Of a DNA stretch of 64,000 nucleotides, positions 56,935-64,000 are shown piece after piece. The DNA comes from a virus. Positions within the stretch are counted from its first letter, which is position 1, and the number at the start of each line of letters is the position of its first letter. The notes under the pieces were generated by a model. That model saw nothing but the letters and a program-made list of their open reading frames with translations. It was not told the DNA's origin and did not search any database. Location of the stretch: positions 105,751-169,750 of IMG/VR virus record IMGVR_UViG_3300021961_008712. One strand, written 5' to 3'. The translations under genes were made by a program, and so were the position numbers.

Positions 56935-57437
56935 CATCCTATCAACAAGTACTTGCAGCATCACTTAACTGGGATAAAATTCTAGTATCAGGAGTACAGA
57001 GATCAGGTACTACTATAGCTGCATACACTCTTGCTAAGGCATTAGGGTACAGGTTTGTAGATGAGATAGAATTCCATGCTCATAATACTGAAGAGTTTGA
57101 CAATATAATGAACTCAGATGAAAAATGTGTAATTCAATGTCCTGCTCTACTACACTATATTAAGAAGTATCAAGATAGTGCTTTAGTAGTTATTATGGAT
57201 AGAGAAAAAGAAGATATTGTAGCTTCTATGATAAAGCACAACTGGTTTAATGATCATGGATTATTTGAATTTAGACAGTATTCTAATGACGAACTTACTG
57301 ACCCGTCTCAAATTATAGATATAAAATCTAGTTACTCTAAACAGTTAAAGCATATGAAGCTTAACTATAGTGACTTAAAAGAATCTGAGTACTTTATTTC
57401 AACTAGAAAAGACTGGCATATTAAACAAATTAAATAA
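56925..57437 (+). CDS. Sulfotransferase-like P-loop protein
   Basis: VSGVQRSGTT and R...DI.AS. Confidence 0.65.
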   Translation: MGITSYQQVLAASLNWDKILVSGVQRSGTTIAAYTLAKALGYRFVDEIEFHAHNTEEFDNIMNSDEKCVIQCPALLHYIKKYQDSALVVIMDREKEDIVASMIKHNWFNDHGLFEFRQYSNDELTDPSQIIDIKSSYSKQLKHMKLNYSDLKESEYFISTRKDWHIKQIK

Positions 57438-58663
57438 TGGAAATGAAAAGGTTATATTTTTTACTAACTCTTGCCTTACTAGGATGTGAGAAAGAGAACT
57501 TTCTGGAACCAATACTTCCAGTAACTACCGATTGTATTACCTGTTATGATAGGTTTATCAACTACAATCAACCATCATGGAAGCTAGACTTTCCTATGAT
57601 ACACAAAAAGTACTATCACTCAGTAACTCCTAATGGACCTGATTGGGGACCCCCTATAGATTTTCTAGTAGTAGACTATGATCATGATGGATATCTAGAC
57701 GCTGTAACCGGAGACTCAGACTACACAGCAGGATTTGCTGGTCAATCTACAAGACGTAAATTTAAATTCTTTAAAGGAGATGCTGATGGTAATCTAGTAT
57801 TAGATACTAGACCAGAGTATATGAACCATGTAGGTCCTAATTTTGGAGCAAGATCTTTTATAGGAGATTATAACCTAGACGGAAAACCAGATTTAGTATT
57901 CGTTGGTTCTGGACATGACGACCAAACCGGTCAATCAACAGAATCATGGAAAGATGCTCCTATAATTTTTATGAGTAATGCAGAAGGATTCTACGATAGA
58001 AGAACATACCCAGAAGCAGCAGGTTCATACCATCACGGCTCTTCAGCTGATATCGATAATGATGGAGATTTAGACATAGTACTTCCTAGATGGGCATTAA
58101 TGCGTAATAGAGGTGATGGTACTTTTGACGTTGAACCCTTCCCAATCGAAACTGAGGATGATCCTACAACTTTGGAACTAGCAGACTTAAACAGAGATGG
58201 AATCATAGAATTTATTTATGGTTCAGGAACAATGTATCAACCTCCAGGTGTATATAGACACCAATCCTGGATTGCTAATATTGGAGGACCTAAAAAGATT
58301 ATTCCTCATGTAGATAATTTTGGTATCTTTCTTGATGCTGATTTTATAGACTTAGACGGAGATGGTACTTTAGAAATATTAGTCGATAGAGCCACAGATC
58401 AGAACCACCCAAAAGGACATTGGAGAGGATGGTACATACAAGTACTAAAAGTTACTGACACTGAAGTCTTAGATGTTACTGATACGTACATAGAAGATAA
58501 TGAGTATGTCTGCGGAAACAACTGCGACCAGTTAGGTCAGACTTGGGTTCATTGGTTTAACATTTCCACAGATAAGTTTGGAGATACTTATTACTTTGCT
58601 GATGATGGAATATCTAAAGCTAGATGGAAGTTAGTCAATGGAAAATTTAAAAGAGTACTTTGA
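57437..58663 (+). CDS. FG-GAP/VCBS repeat lipoprotein
   Basis: Lipobox LLGC. Repeated DxD/NxDGxxD (DYDHDGYLD, DYNLDGKPD, DIDNDGDLD, DLNRDG, DLDGDG). Confidence 0.88.
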   Translation: MEMKRLYFLLTLALLGCEKENFLEPILPVTTDCITCYDRFINYNQPSWKLDFPMIHKKYYHSVTPNGPDWGPPIDFLVVDYDHDGYLDAVTGDSDYTAGFAGQSTRRKFKFFKGDADGNLVLDTRPEYMNHVGPNFGARSFIGDYNLDGKPDLVFVGSGHDDQTGQSTESWKDAPIIFMSNAEGFYDRRTYPEAAGSYHHGSSADIDNDGDLDIVLPRWALMRNRGDGTFDVEPFPIETEDDPTTLELADLNRDGIIEFIYGSGTMYQPPGVYRHQSWIANIGGPKKIIPHVDNFGIFLDADFIDLDGDGTLEILVDRATDQNHPKGHWRGWYIQVLKVTDTEVLDVTDTYIEDNEYVCGNNCDQLGQTWVHWFNISTDKFGDTYYFADDGISKARWKLVNGKFKRVL

Positions 58664-58705
58664 TCTTAAAATTATTTTTCGTATATTAAATTAAATAAAA
58701 AAGTT

Positions 58706-58894
58706 ATGATAGAATTATATTACGTACCTAGTACAAAAATTAATGCCAAGGTTGTTGATTTAGTAATCACCGGTTATAATATTCAAATAGATAATTATAA
58801 TTATGAAAGGTTATCTAGGAAACCAAAAGGGAGAGTAATTAAACGAAAGTTACAAAACGGTAACACAGGAGAAAGGATTTTAATTTATGCTTAG
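58706..58894 (+). CDS. Hypothetical protein
   Basis: ORF after a class I motif at ~58659-58687. Confidence 0.55.
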   Translation: MIELYYVPSTKINAKVVDLVITGYNIQIDNYNYERLSRKPKGRVIKRKLQNGNTGERILIYA

Positions 58895-59246
58895 AATTGG
58901 AGACCTAGGTCTAGGAATGCTGACTTTTTTTATAGCGCATTTCTTAACCTTTTACCAACTAAACGGACAGTTTTTAAAAACGTCTTGGTTTAGAGATAAT
59001 GAAATAGTAGTAGCATTGTGCGGAGCTATTCTATCGTTCTTCTACATATGGGGAACAAAATACACAGTACAAGGTATGGATGGATTGCTCTGGCCAGCTA
59101 GATTTATTGGCTTTAGTATAGGTATGTTACTATATGCTCTTTTAATTAATTACCATTTTAACGAAGGTATGAATGCAAAAACTTGGGTAAGTCTATCTCT
59201 TTGTGTACTTCTAATTTGTATTCAGGTATTCTGGAAAGTAAAATAA
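58887..59246 (+). CDS. Four-TM membrane protein (SMR/DMT-like)
   Basis: Four hydrophobic helices in ~120 aa. Confidence 0.65.
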   Translation: MLRIGDLGLGMLTFFIAHFLTFYQLNGQFLKTSWFRDNEIVVALCGAILSFFYIWGTKYTVQGMDGLLWPARFIGFSIGMLLYALLINYHFNEGMNAKTWVSLSLCVLLICIQVFWKVK

Positions 59247-59247
59247 T

Positions 59248-59928
59248 ATGGCAACACTGCATATTTTTGGAGATAGTTTTAGTAGATGCGATGGTACTTA
59301 TGATCCTGTATATATAGAAAATAAGAATAATCGACTTCTATGGCATGAGTATATTCAAAAAGAATTAGGTTATGAAAATAGGCTAGTGTATGCTGGACAA
59401 GGATGGAGTAATTCTGAGATCTTTATGACTTTACTTGAAAGTTTAGACAGAATGGAAAAAGGAGATTTAGTAATTGTAGGCCAGACATTTATGGAAAGAA
59501 CACCGTTTATTATTTCTACCCCAGACAGGATTAAAGATTCATGTCAAGAAGCTTGGTTAAATAGAGTAGGAGGAATTAATGTAGGAGTAGATCAAACATT
59601 CCCACAGTGGTTTCAGGATGAGTATGTGAAAGAGTTCTTGCACTACATGGGAGATGCATTTGTAAGCACCCAAGCCTATATAGCAAATGTTAAATTAAAA
59701 GCTCATAAAGGATGGTTTATGTATTACAAGCATAGATATGACCTACTAGGCAAACACCTTAGAAATTTAGGAATTAACTACCTATGGTGGTCTGTAGCAG
59801 ATGAAGCACCTAATTTTGAAACTATAAAATATGCCACAAAGGGAAAGAGTTTAGATGGACATTGGTCTTGGGATGGGCAATATAAATTTGGATTAAAACT
59901 TTTAAAACAGATTAAACCCTTACATTAA
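59248..59928 (+). CDS. SGNH/GDSL hydrolase-like protein
   Basis: IFGDSFS, AGQG.SN and DGHW. Confidence 0.75.
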   Translation: MATLHIFGDSFSRCDGTYDPVYIENKNNRLLWHEYIQKELGYENRLVYAGQGWSNSEIFMTLLESLDRMEKGDLVIVGQTFMERTPFIISTPDRIKDSCQEAWLNRVGGINVGVDQTFPQWFQDEYVKEFLHYMGDAFVSTQAYIANVKLKAHKGWFMYYKHRYDLLGKHLRNLGINYLWWSVADEAPNFETIKYATKGKSLDGHWSWDGQYKFGLKLLKQIKPLH

Positions 59929-59932
59929 CATA

Positions 59933-60154
59933 ATGAATATACTACAATCAATACAGCTTACTTTGCTTTATTTTGCAATAGGATATATTTGGATGTCCTT
60001 TATTGAATACACTGTTGTAGGCAAAGTACCGGGTAAAGCAGGAGAACCTTTTACAGCCAGGGATAGAGCATATCAAATTTGTCTTTGGCCTGTGAGTATG
60101 TTAATCTTTATTTACAATTTTATTAAATATATGTTAGAGGAATTATTTCTATGA
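59933..60154 (+). CDS. Small membrane protein
   Basis: Two hydrophobic segments. Confidence 0.6.
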   Translation: MNILQSIQLTLLYFAIGYIWMSFIEYTVVGKVPGKAGEPFTARDRAYQICLWPVSMLIFIYNFIKYMLEELFL

Positions 60155-60861
60155 ATGTACTAGTACTTGAAGAGATTATTAAGGTAACAGAACGCAACTG
60201 GAGGTTTATTTTTCAAGATCCATTGTATGATCAATTAAACTTTATACCCGGTCAGCTAATTCAGTTAGTAAGTAAACCCGGTAAAGAAGGATCAGTAATT
60301 AGAAACTACTCTGTTGCATCATGGCCTGACGGCACTAACAGGCTTGAACTTGTCATTACATACCTAGAAGGAGGAGCTATGTCAGAATACCTATTCGGAG
60401 AAGCTAAGGTAGGAGATGAATTTGTCTACAGAGGACCAATGGGTATATTTACTCTTCCTGATGATTTAACAGAAAGAGAAATTTATATGGTTAGCACAGG
60501 ATCTGGAGTATCTCCATTTAGGTCTATGATTAATCATATTGCCGAAAATAATATTCCTTTTAAAAAGATTAAATTATTTTTTGGTACTAGAACTCAAAAG
60601 GATTTACTCTATAGAGAAGAGTTTGAAGCATTAGAAAAACTACTTCCTAATTTTGAATATGTACCTTGCCTATCTCAGGAACTCTGGTCTGGTCATAACG
60701 GCTATGTACATACAGCTTACTTACCTGAACTTACTATTTTAGATGAAAAACCACTTTTTTATTTTTGTGGTTGGACAAAGATGATTGATGAGGGAAGAGA
60801 TTATTTAAGCTTGCTAGACTATAAAATGAAAGAGGATATTAGAGTAGAAATTTTTGGATAA
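60151..60861 (+). CDS. FAD/NAD(P)-binding ferredoxin reductase-type oxidoreductase
   Basis: F.PGQ, RNYSVAS, G.MSEYL, GPMG.F, TGSGVSPF.SM, YFCG and E.FG. Confidence 0.9.
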   Translation: MNVLVLEEIIKVTERNWRFIFQDPLYDQLNFIPGQLIQLVSKPGKEGSVIRNYSVASWPDGTNRLELVITYLEGGAMSEYLFGEAKVGDEFVYRGPMGIFTLPDDLTEREIYMVSTGSGVSPFRSMINHIAENNIPFKKIKLFFGTRTQKDLLYREEFEALEKLLPNFEYVPCLSQELWSGHNGYVHTAYLPELTILDEKPLFYFCGWTKMIDEGRDYLSLLDYKMKEDIRVEIFG

Positions 60862-61388
60862 TGAAACAAGAACTTATTTTATTTTCAAAAGAAGATTGTG
60901 ATTGGCTTTTGACTAAGGCTGGAGAATATGAACAAAGTGGTGTTGCATATGCTCCTACTAAAGAAGATGCACTAACTAGAAAAGGTAAAATCAACGAAAA
61001 AGACAGAATATCATATCAATGTGATATGGGACAGCCAACAGGAGAACTCTATGACCTGCTTGTTGACAGATTAAAGCCTTTCGATATTGCTCATTTAGAG
61101 AACTCTTTTATAGGATTTGTTAGATACTTTAAAGGAGGATTTTTTACTAAGCATGTAGACGGTCCTGAAAGGGCTGCTACTGTAATTATTCAATTGAGTG
61201 AATCAGACGATTATACTGGAGGTAATTTAGTAGTTAGAGATAAAATTGTTGGTAGAGAAAAAGGTAACACAGTTATATTTGATACTCAAACAACCCACGA
61301 ACTTACAGAAGTGTTTTCCGGAACAAGAGACGCTCTGGTAATCTGGGTAGACAGAAATAGCATTCAGAAAAAGAGAACAATACTATGA
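60861..61388 (+). CDS. 2OG-Fe(II) oxygenase
   Basis: RY..G.FF.KHVD, Y.GG.L and HE...V..G.R..LV.W. Confidence 0.88.
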   Translation: MKQELILFSKEDCDWLLTKAGEYEQSGVAYAPTKEDALTRKGKINEKDRISYQCDMGQPTGELYDLLVDRLKPFDIAHLENSFIGFVRYFKGGFFTKHVDGPERAATVIIQLSESDDYTGGNLVVRDKIVGREKGNTVIFDTQTTHELTEVFSGTRDALVIWVDRNSIQKKRTIL

Positions 61389-61834
61389 TAACCTGGGAAG
61401 AATATTTCAGGAATATAGCCAATACAGTTAAGACTAAGTCAAAAGATATCAATACTCAGATTGGAGCTGTAATTGTAGGAGTAGATAATGAAATAGTTTC
61501 TACAGGCTATAATTCCTTCCCTAGAGGCTTAGATGATAATGCAGCTCATCGTCAAGAAAAGCCTGAAAAATATTTCTGGTTTGAACACGCAGAACGAAAT
61601 GCAATCTATAATGCTGCTAGGATAGGAGCATCTACTAAAGGAACTACAATGTACTTATCAAACTGGTTTCCTTGTGCAGATTGTGCTAGAGGAATTATCA
61701 ATGCCGGCATTACACAGCTATTTTGTGAAAAACCCGAAGATAGTAGAAAGTCCTCTTCTTATATAGAATCATTTAAACGTAGCAAGGAAATGCTAATAGA
61801 AGCAGGAGTAAAGTTAACTTTTTACAAAAAATAG
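61385..61834 (+). CDS. dCMP deaminase
   Basis: S.D..TQ.GAVIV, GYN, HAERNAI and PCADCAR.II.AGI. Confidence 0.92.
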   Translation: MITWEEYFRNIANTVKTKSKDINTQIGAVIVGVDNEIVSTGYNSFPRGLDDNAAHRQEKPEKYFWFEHAERNAIYNAARIGASTKGTTMYLSNWFPCADCARGIINAGITQLFCEKPEDSRKSSSYIESFKRSKEMLIEAGVKLTFYKK

Positions 61835-61863
61835 TTGCCTCCCTGCGTAATTGTTCGTATATT
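61834..61863 (+). promoter_or_regulatory. Class I promoter GTTG-N16-TTCGTATATT
   Basis: Exact consensus copy, supporting a start at 61889. Confidence 0.8.
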
Positions 61864-61888
61864 TAGTTATATAAAAAGAATAAAGGTT

Positions 61889-62620
61889 ATGACAAAAGCA
61901 CAAATCGTTGATATCAAGATCAACAAATTAGAAACACAGCTTGAACAAGCTAATGAGGTTCGTCAAGAGTTTGAAAAAGCTCGAGGAGATAAGTACTTTG
62001 AAATTATTCAGAAGTATTTTGGAGGAGAGTTTTCTCTTGAAGATGTTTACATTAAACATAATTGGGGTACCTCTTATGAAGTTCTTCGTCCTAAAGAAGG
62101 ATATAGTTACGATAAAGAATTAATGACTATTCGTATTGATGATAGTTGGAAGACTAGTGAATTTGAAGAAATTAAGACTTCTATGTACTCAACTAGTGAA
62201 AATGGAGTTTGGGAATTAGAAAGACTTATCACCTGTGGTGAAGTAGCTAAAGTTATTCTTGATTTTAGTGACGATATTATTGCAGAGTTCAATACTGTTC
62301 GTGATGAATTTAAAACAAGCATTTCAGAGTCTAGCTCTAATGTATGGAAACTAGAACGAGATATCAAACAACTTACAGAAGATAAAAATCAGTTCGAACT
62401 AGAACGAAAAATGGATCTTCTTGAAACTACCGGTATAGAGTTTTCTAAGCCTGTCAATCTAGATGTTAGATGGGACTGGACTGTACGAAACATCAATAAA
62501 GCTAGAATTATTGCTAAGACTAAATCTGGCAAATCAGCATCTTTAACTCTTGAAACTATTCATGGTGAAGTTAAAGTTGAAAATGTAAGGATAGATAAAA
62601 TTAATTCAATATTAGTATAA
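61889..62620 (+). CDS. Hypothetical coiled-coil protein
   Basis: ATG at 61889 lies downstream of the promoter. Confidence 0.7.
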   Translation: MTKAQIVDIKINKLETQLEQANEVRQEFEKARGDKYFEIIQKYFGGEFSLEDVYIKHNWGTSYEVLRPKEGYSYDKELMTIRIDDSWKTSEFEEIKTSMYSTSENGVWELERLITCGEVAKVILDFSDDIIAEFNTVRDEFKTSISESSSNVWKLERDIKQLTEDKNQFELERKMDLLETTGIEFSKPVNLDVRWDWTVRNINKARIIAKTKSGKSASLTLETIHGEVKVENVRIDKINSILV

Positions 62621-62637
62621 TTGTTCATAACCTGGAA

Positions 62638-62653
62638 GGGGGCTTCGGCCCCT
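62638..62653 (+). other. GC hairpin with cUUCGg tetraloop just before the tRNA cluster
   Basis: GGGGC-TTCG-GCCCC with no U tract, so more likely a stability/processing hairpin than a terminator. Confidence 0.55.
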
Positions 62654-62661
62654 AACCAAAT

Positions 62662-62747
62662 GCCTCGGTGGTGGAATAGGTAGACACGCCGGACTTAAAA
62701 TCCTGTGGGCTGTAGAGCCCGTGCCGGTTCGACCCCGGCCCGAGGTA
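62662..62747 (+). tRNA. tRNA-Leu(UAA)
   Basis: Acceptor GCCTCGG/CCGAGGT, anticodon loop CTTAAAA, long variable arm and T-arm GCCGG-TTCGACC-CCGGC. Confidence 0.92.
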
Positions 62748-62764
62748 CTAAAAAAATAAAAGAC

Positions 62765-63028
62765 ATGACATTTAAAAATTTAAGTTTTACCGACCATCCA
62801 GTTATACCTGGAGCAATTCAAGCAGCTATTATTTGTAATAATGGCAAAAGAATTAGCATTGTAGCTGGAACTAATTTATACAGTCATAGTAAAGGCGGAA
62901 TAAGAGCTGCTGTTGATAATCCAGAAGAAGTGATTAGCTTCGAGGTCCTTGTAGAGGGTGAGGAAGATGTGAGAGGTTTTCAAAGTAGGCAAGATATAGA
63001 TAATATACTTGCTGTGAATAATCTCTAG
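62765..63028 (+). CDS. Hypothetical protein within tRNA cluster
   Basis: ATG at 62765 after tRNA-Leu. The track start at 62705 lies inside the tRNA. Confidence 0.65.
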   Translation: MTFKNLSFTDHPVIPGAIQAAIICNNGKRISIVAGTNLYSHSKGGIRAAVDNPEEVISFEVLVEGEEDVRGFQSRQDIDNILAVNNL

Positions 63029-63035
63029 AAAACAG

Positions 63036-63109
63036 GGACCAGTAGCTCAGCTGGATAGAGCATCTGCCTTCTAAGCAGACGGTCGCAGGTTCGAGTCCTG
63101 CCTGGTTCA
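63036..63109 (+). tRNA. tRNA-Arg(UCU)
   Basis: GGACCAG/CTGGTTC acceptor, TCTGC-CTTCTAA-GCAGA anticodon arm and canonical D/T arms. Confidence 0.95.
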
Positions 63110-63114
63110 CACAT

Positions 63115-63186
63115 TGATCTATGGTGTAATTGGCAACACGACAGATTTTGGTTCTGTAATTTAAGGTTCGAGTCCTTATAGATCAA
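63115..63186 (+). tRNA. tRNA-Gln(UUG)
   Basis: TGATCTA/TAGATCA acceptor, ACAGA-TTTTGGT-TCTGT and TAAGG-TTCGAGT-CCTTA. Confidence 0.93.
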
Positions 63187-63189
63187 CAC

Positions 63190-63266
63190 CCGGACGTATC
63201 CCCTCGGTCTTATACGCCGCAGAAAGGGTAATTGGTCACATGTGGGTTCAACCCCCACCGTCCGGA
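63190..63266 (+). ncRNA. tRNA-like RNA lacking a 5' D-arm, UAU anticodon-like loop
   Basis: 7-bp acceptor CCGGACG/CGTCCGG, T-arm GTGGG-TTCAACC-CCCAC and CGGT-CTTATAC-GCCG arm. D-loop-like TAATTGGT lies 3' of the anticodon arm. Confidence 0.75.
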
Positions 63267-63278
63267 CCCGTGATATAC

Positions 63279-63421
63279 TGTAAGGTGTTGAAATTGGCAG
63301 ACATGCCCTCCTGTCTCGGGGGTGAGGAACATCTGATAAACAAAGGATAATGGGTTGACCACAATGCATGCAATGTCCTTTGGCTAAAGACCTCGTGGTG
63401 GTTCGAATCCATCCCTTACAG
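63279..63421 (+). ncRNA. 143-nt tRNA-like RNA, GUC anticodon, 74-nt structured variable region
   Basis: TGTAAGG/CCTTACA acceptor, Leu-type D loop, CCCTC-CTGTCTC-GGGGG and T-arm GGTGG-TTCGAAT-CCATC. Confidence 0.78.
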
Positions 63422-63525
63422 CCTAGTAAATTAAACAGTAAAAATGTTGTATCTTATCAGTTTTTTTCTTATCTTATTGATATTAACTAAGCTTCCTAGA
63501 GGCTATAAAATTAAAAGGTTTTAGT

Positions 63526-64000
63526 ATGCAAACATTTCTACCCTATAGAAATTTTAAAAAATCTCTCGAATGTTTAGACGATAAACGTCTAGGAAAACAG
63601 AGAGTTGAAACATTTCAGATATTAAATAATCTGTTAGGACGTCCAAAAAAGGACGGTACTCCATATAAAGGCTGGACTAATCATCCTTGTTGTGTAATGT
63701 GGAGAGGCTACGAAGATGCTCTTAAGTTATATCTTAATGAGAGTATTAACGTCTGGATAGCTAGAGGTAAGAATAATACAATGGCATATGAAGAGTTTGA
63801 TGTATTTAGAATTAAGATGCCTTGGTGGTTGGGTAACGAAACCTTTCATTCCTCTCACAGAGCTAACCTTCTTAGAAAGGATCCAGAATACTATAGTCAG
63901 TTTGGTTGGACTGAAGATCCTGCTGATCCCTATGTCTGGCATGATAAAGATAACAAATGGTACAAACAACATGTAGGTATCCCTAAGAGGGAATATTTTA
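63526..64000 (+). CDS. 3'-partial MSMEG_6728/pyrimidine-dimer DNA glycosylase-like protein, not in ORF track
   Basis: MQTFLPY...LD.KRLGKQRVE..QI, GW.NHP...MWRGY..AL and PWWLG..FH.SHR.NLLRKDP.YY. Open to the window end, with a class I motif at 63446-63475. Confidence 0.85.
   Translation, partial: MQTFLPYRNFKKSLECLDDKRLGKQRVETFQILNNLLGRPKKDGTPYKGWTNHPCCVMWRGYEDALKLYLNESINVWIARGKNNTMAYEEFDVFRIKMPWWLGNETFHSSHRANLLRKDPEYYSQFGWTEDPADPYVWHDKDNKWYKQHVGIPKREYF

Noticed and set aside
276-62367. All short minus-strand ORFs and nested alternative-frame plus-strand ORFs in the track
   Set aside because: They overlap well-supported + strand genes, lack motifs and have no promoter copies on the minus strand.
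63025-63369. Minus-strand 114-aa ORF, and the 5' part of 62705..63028
   Set aside because: Antisense to or overlapping tRNA genes, so a shadow ORF.
63727-63976. Track ORFs 63727..63972 (-) and 63788..63976 (+)
   Set aside because: Both overlap the clearly recognisable MSMEG_6728-family CDS starting at 63526.
1-64000. Alternative genetic code (stop-codon reassignment), as in some large Bacteroidota phages
   Set aside because: Known proteins are full length under code 11. TAA, TAG and TGA all end genes at sensible positions, and no suppressor tRNA is seen.

Overview
AT-rich, densely coded window in which essentially every credible gene is on the + strand. Gene content and about 21 copies of a fixed-spacing GTTG-N16-TTCGTATATT promoter, which resembles the Bacteroidetes -33/-7 consensus, indicate a large tailed dsDNA phage of a Bacteroidota (probably flavobacterial) host. 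Modules in order: (1) 3' end of a virion fibre-like gene. (2) A 7-deazaguanine DNA-modification locus (queD, queE, ferredoxin, PRTase, folE, MazG-like, DpdA-like transglycosylase, PurN/DpdN-like formyltransferase, nucleotide kinase, queF; no queC in the window). (3) Family A DNA polymerase and chaperones (J-domain, Hsp20, GroES/GroEL), plus NadE. (4) An ATP-grasp/Hint fusion among tailoring enzymes. (5) A secreted CsgG/cohesin/beta-barrel surface operon. (6) A lysis cassette. (7) A ~15 kb glycosylation island with NeuB/NeuA, CysC and sulfotransferase-like genes. (8) Miscellaneous genes and a tRNA cluster. The best non-coding discoveries are two preQ1-I riboswitch-like aptamers heading the que operon and folE, two tRNA-like RNAs with non-canonical architecture, and a long-range inverted repeat that clamps the ends of the hsp20 transcript. 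All calls come from reading motifs by eye. No searches or folding programs were run.
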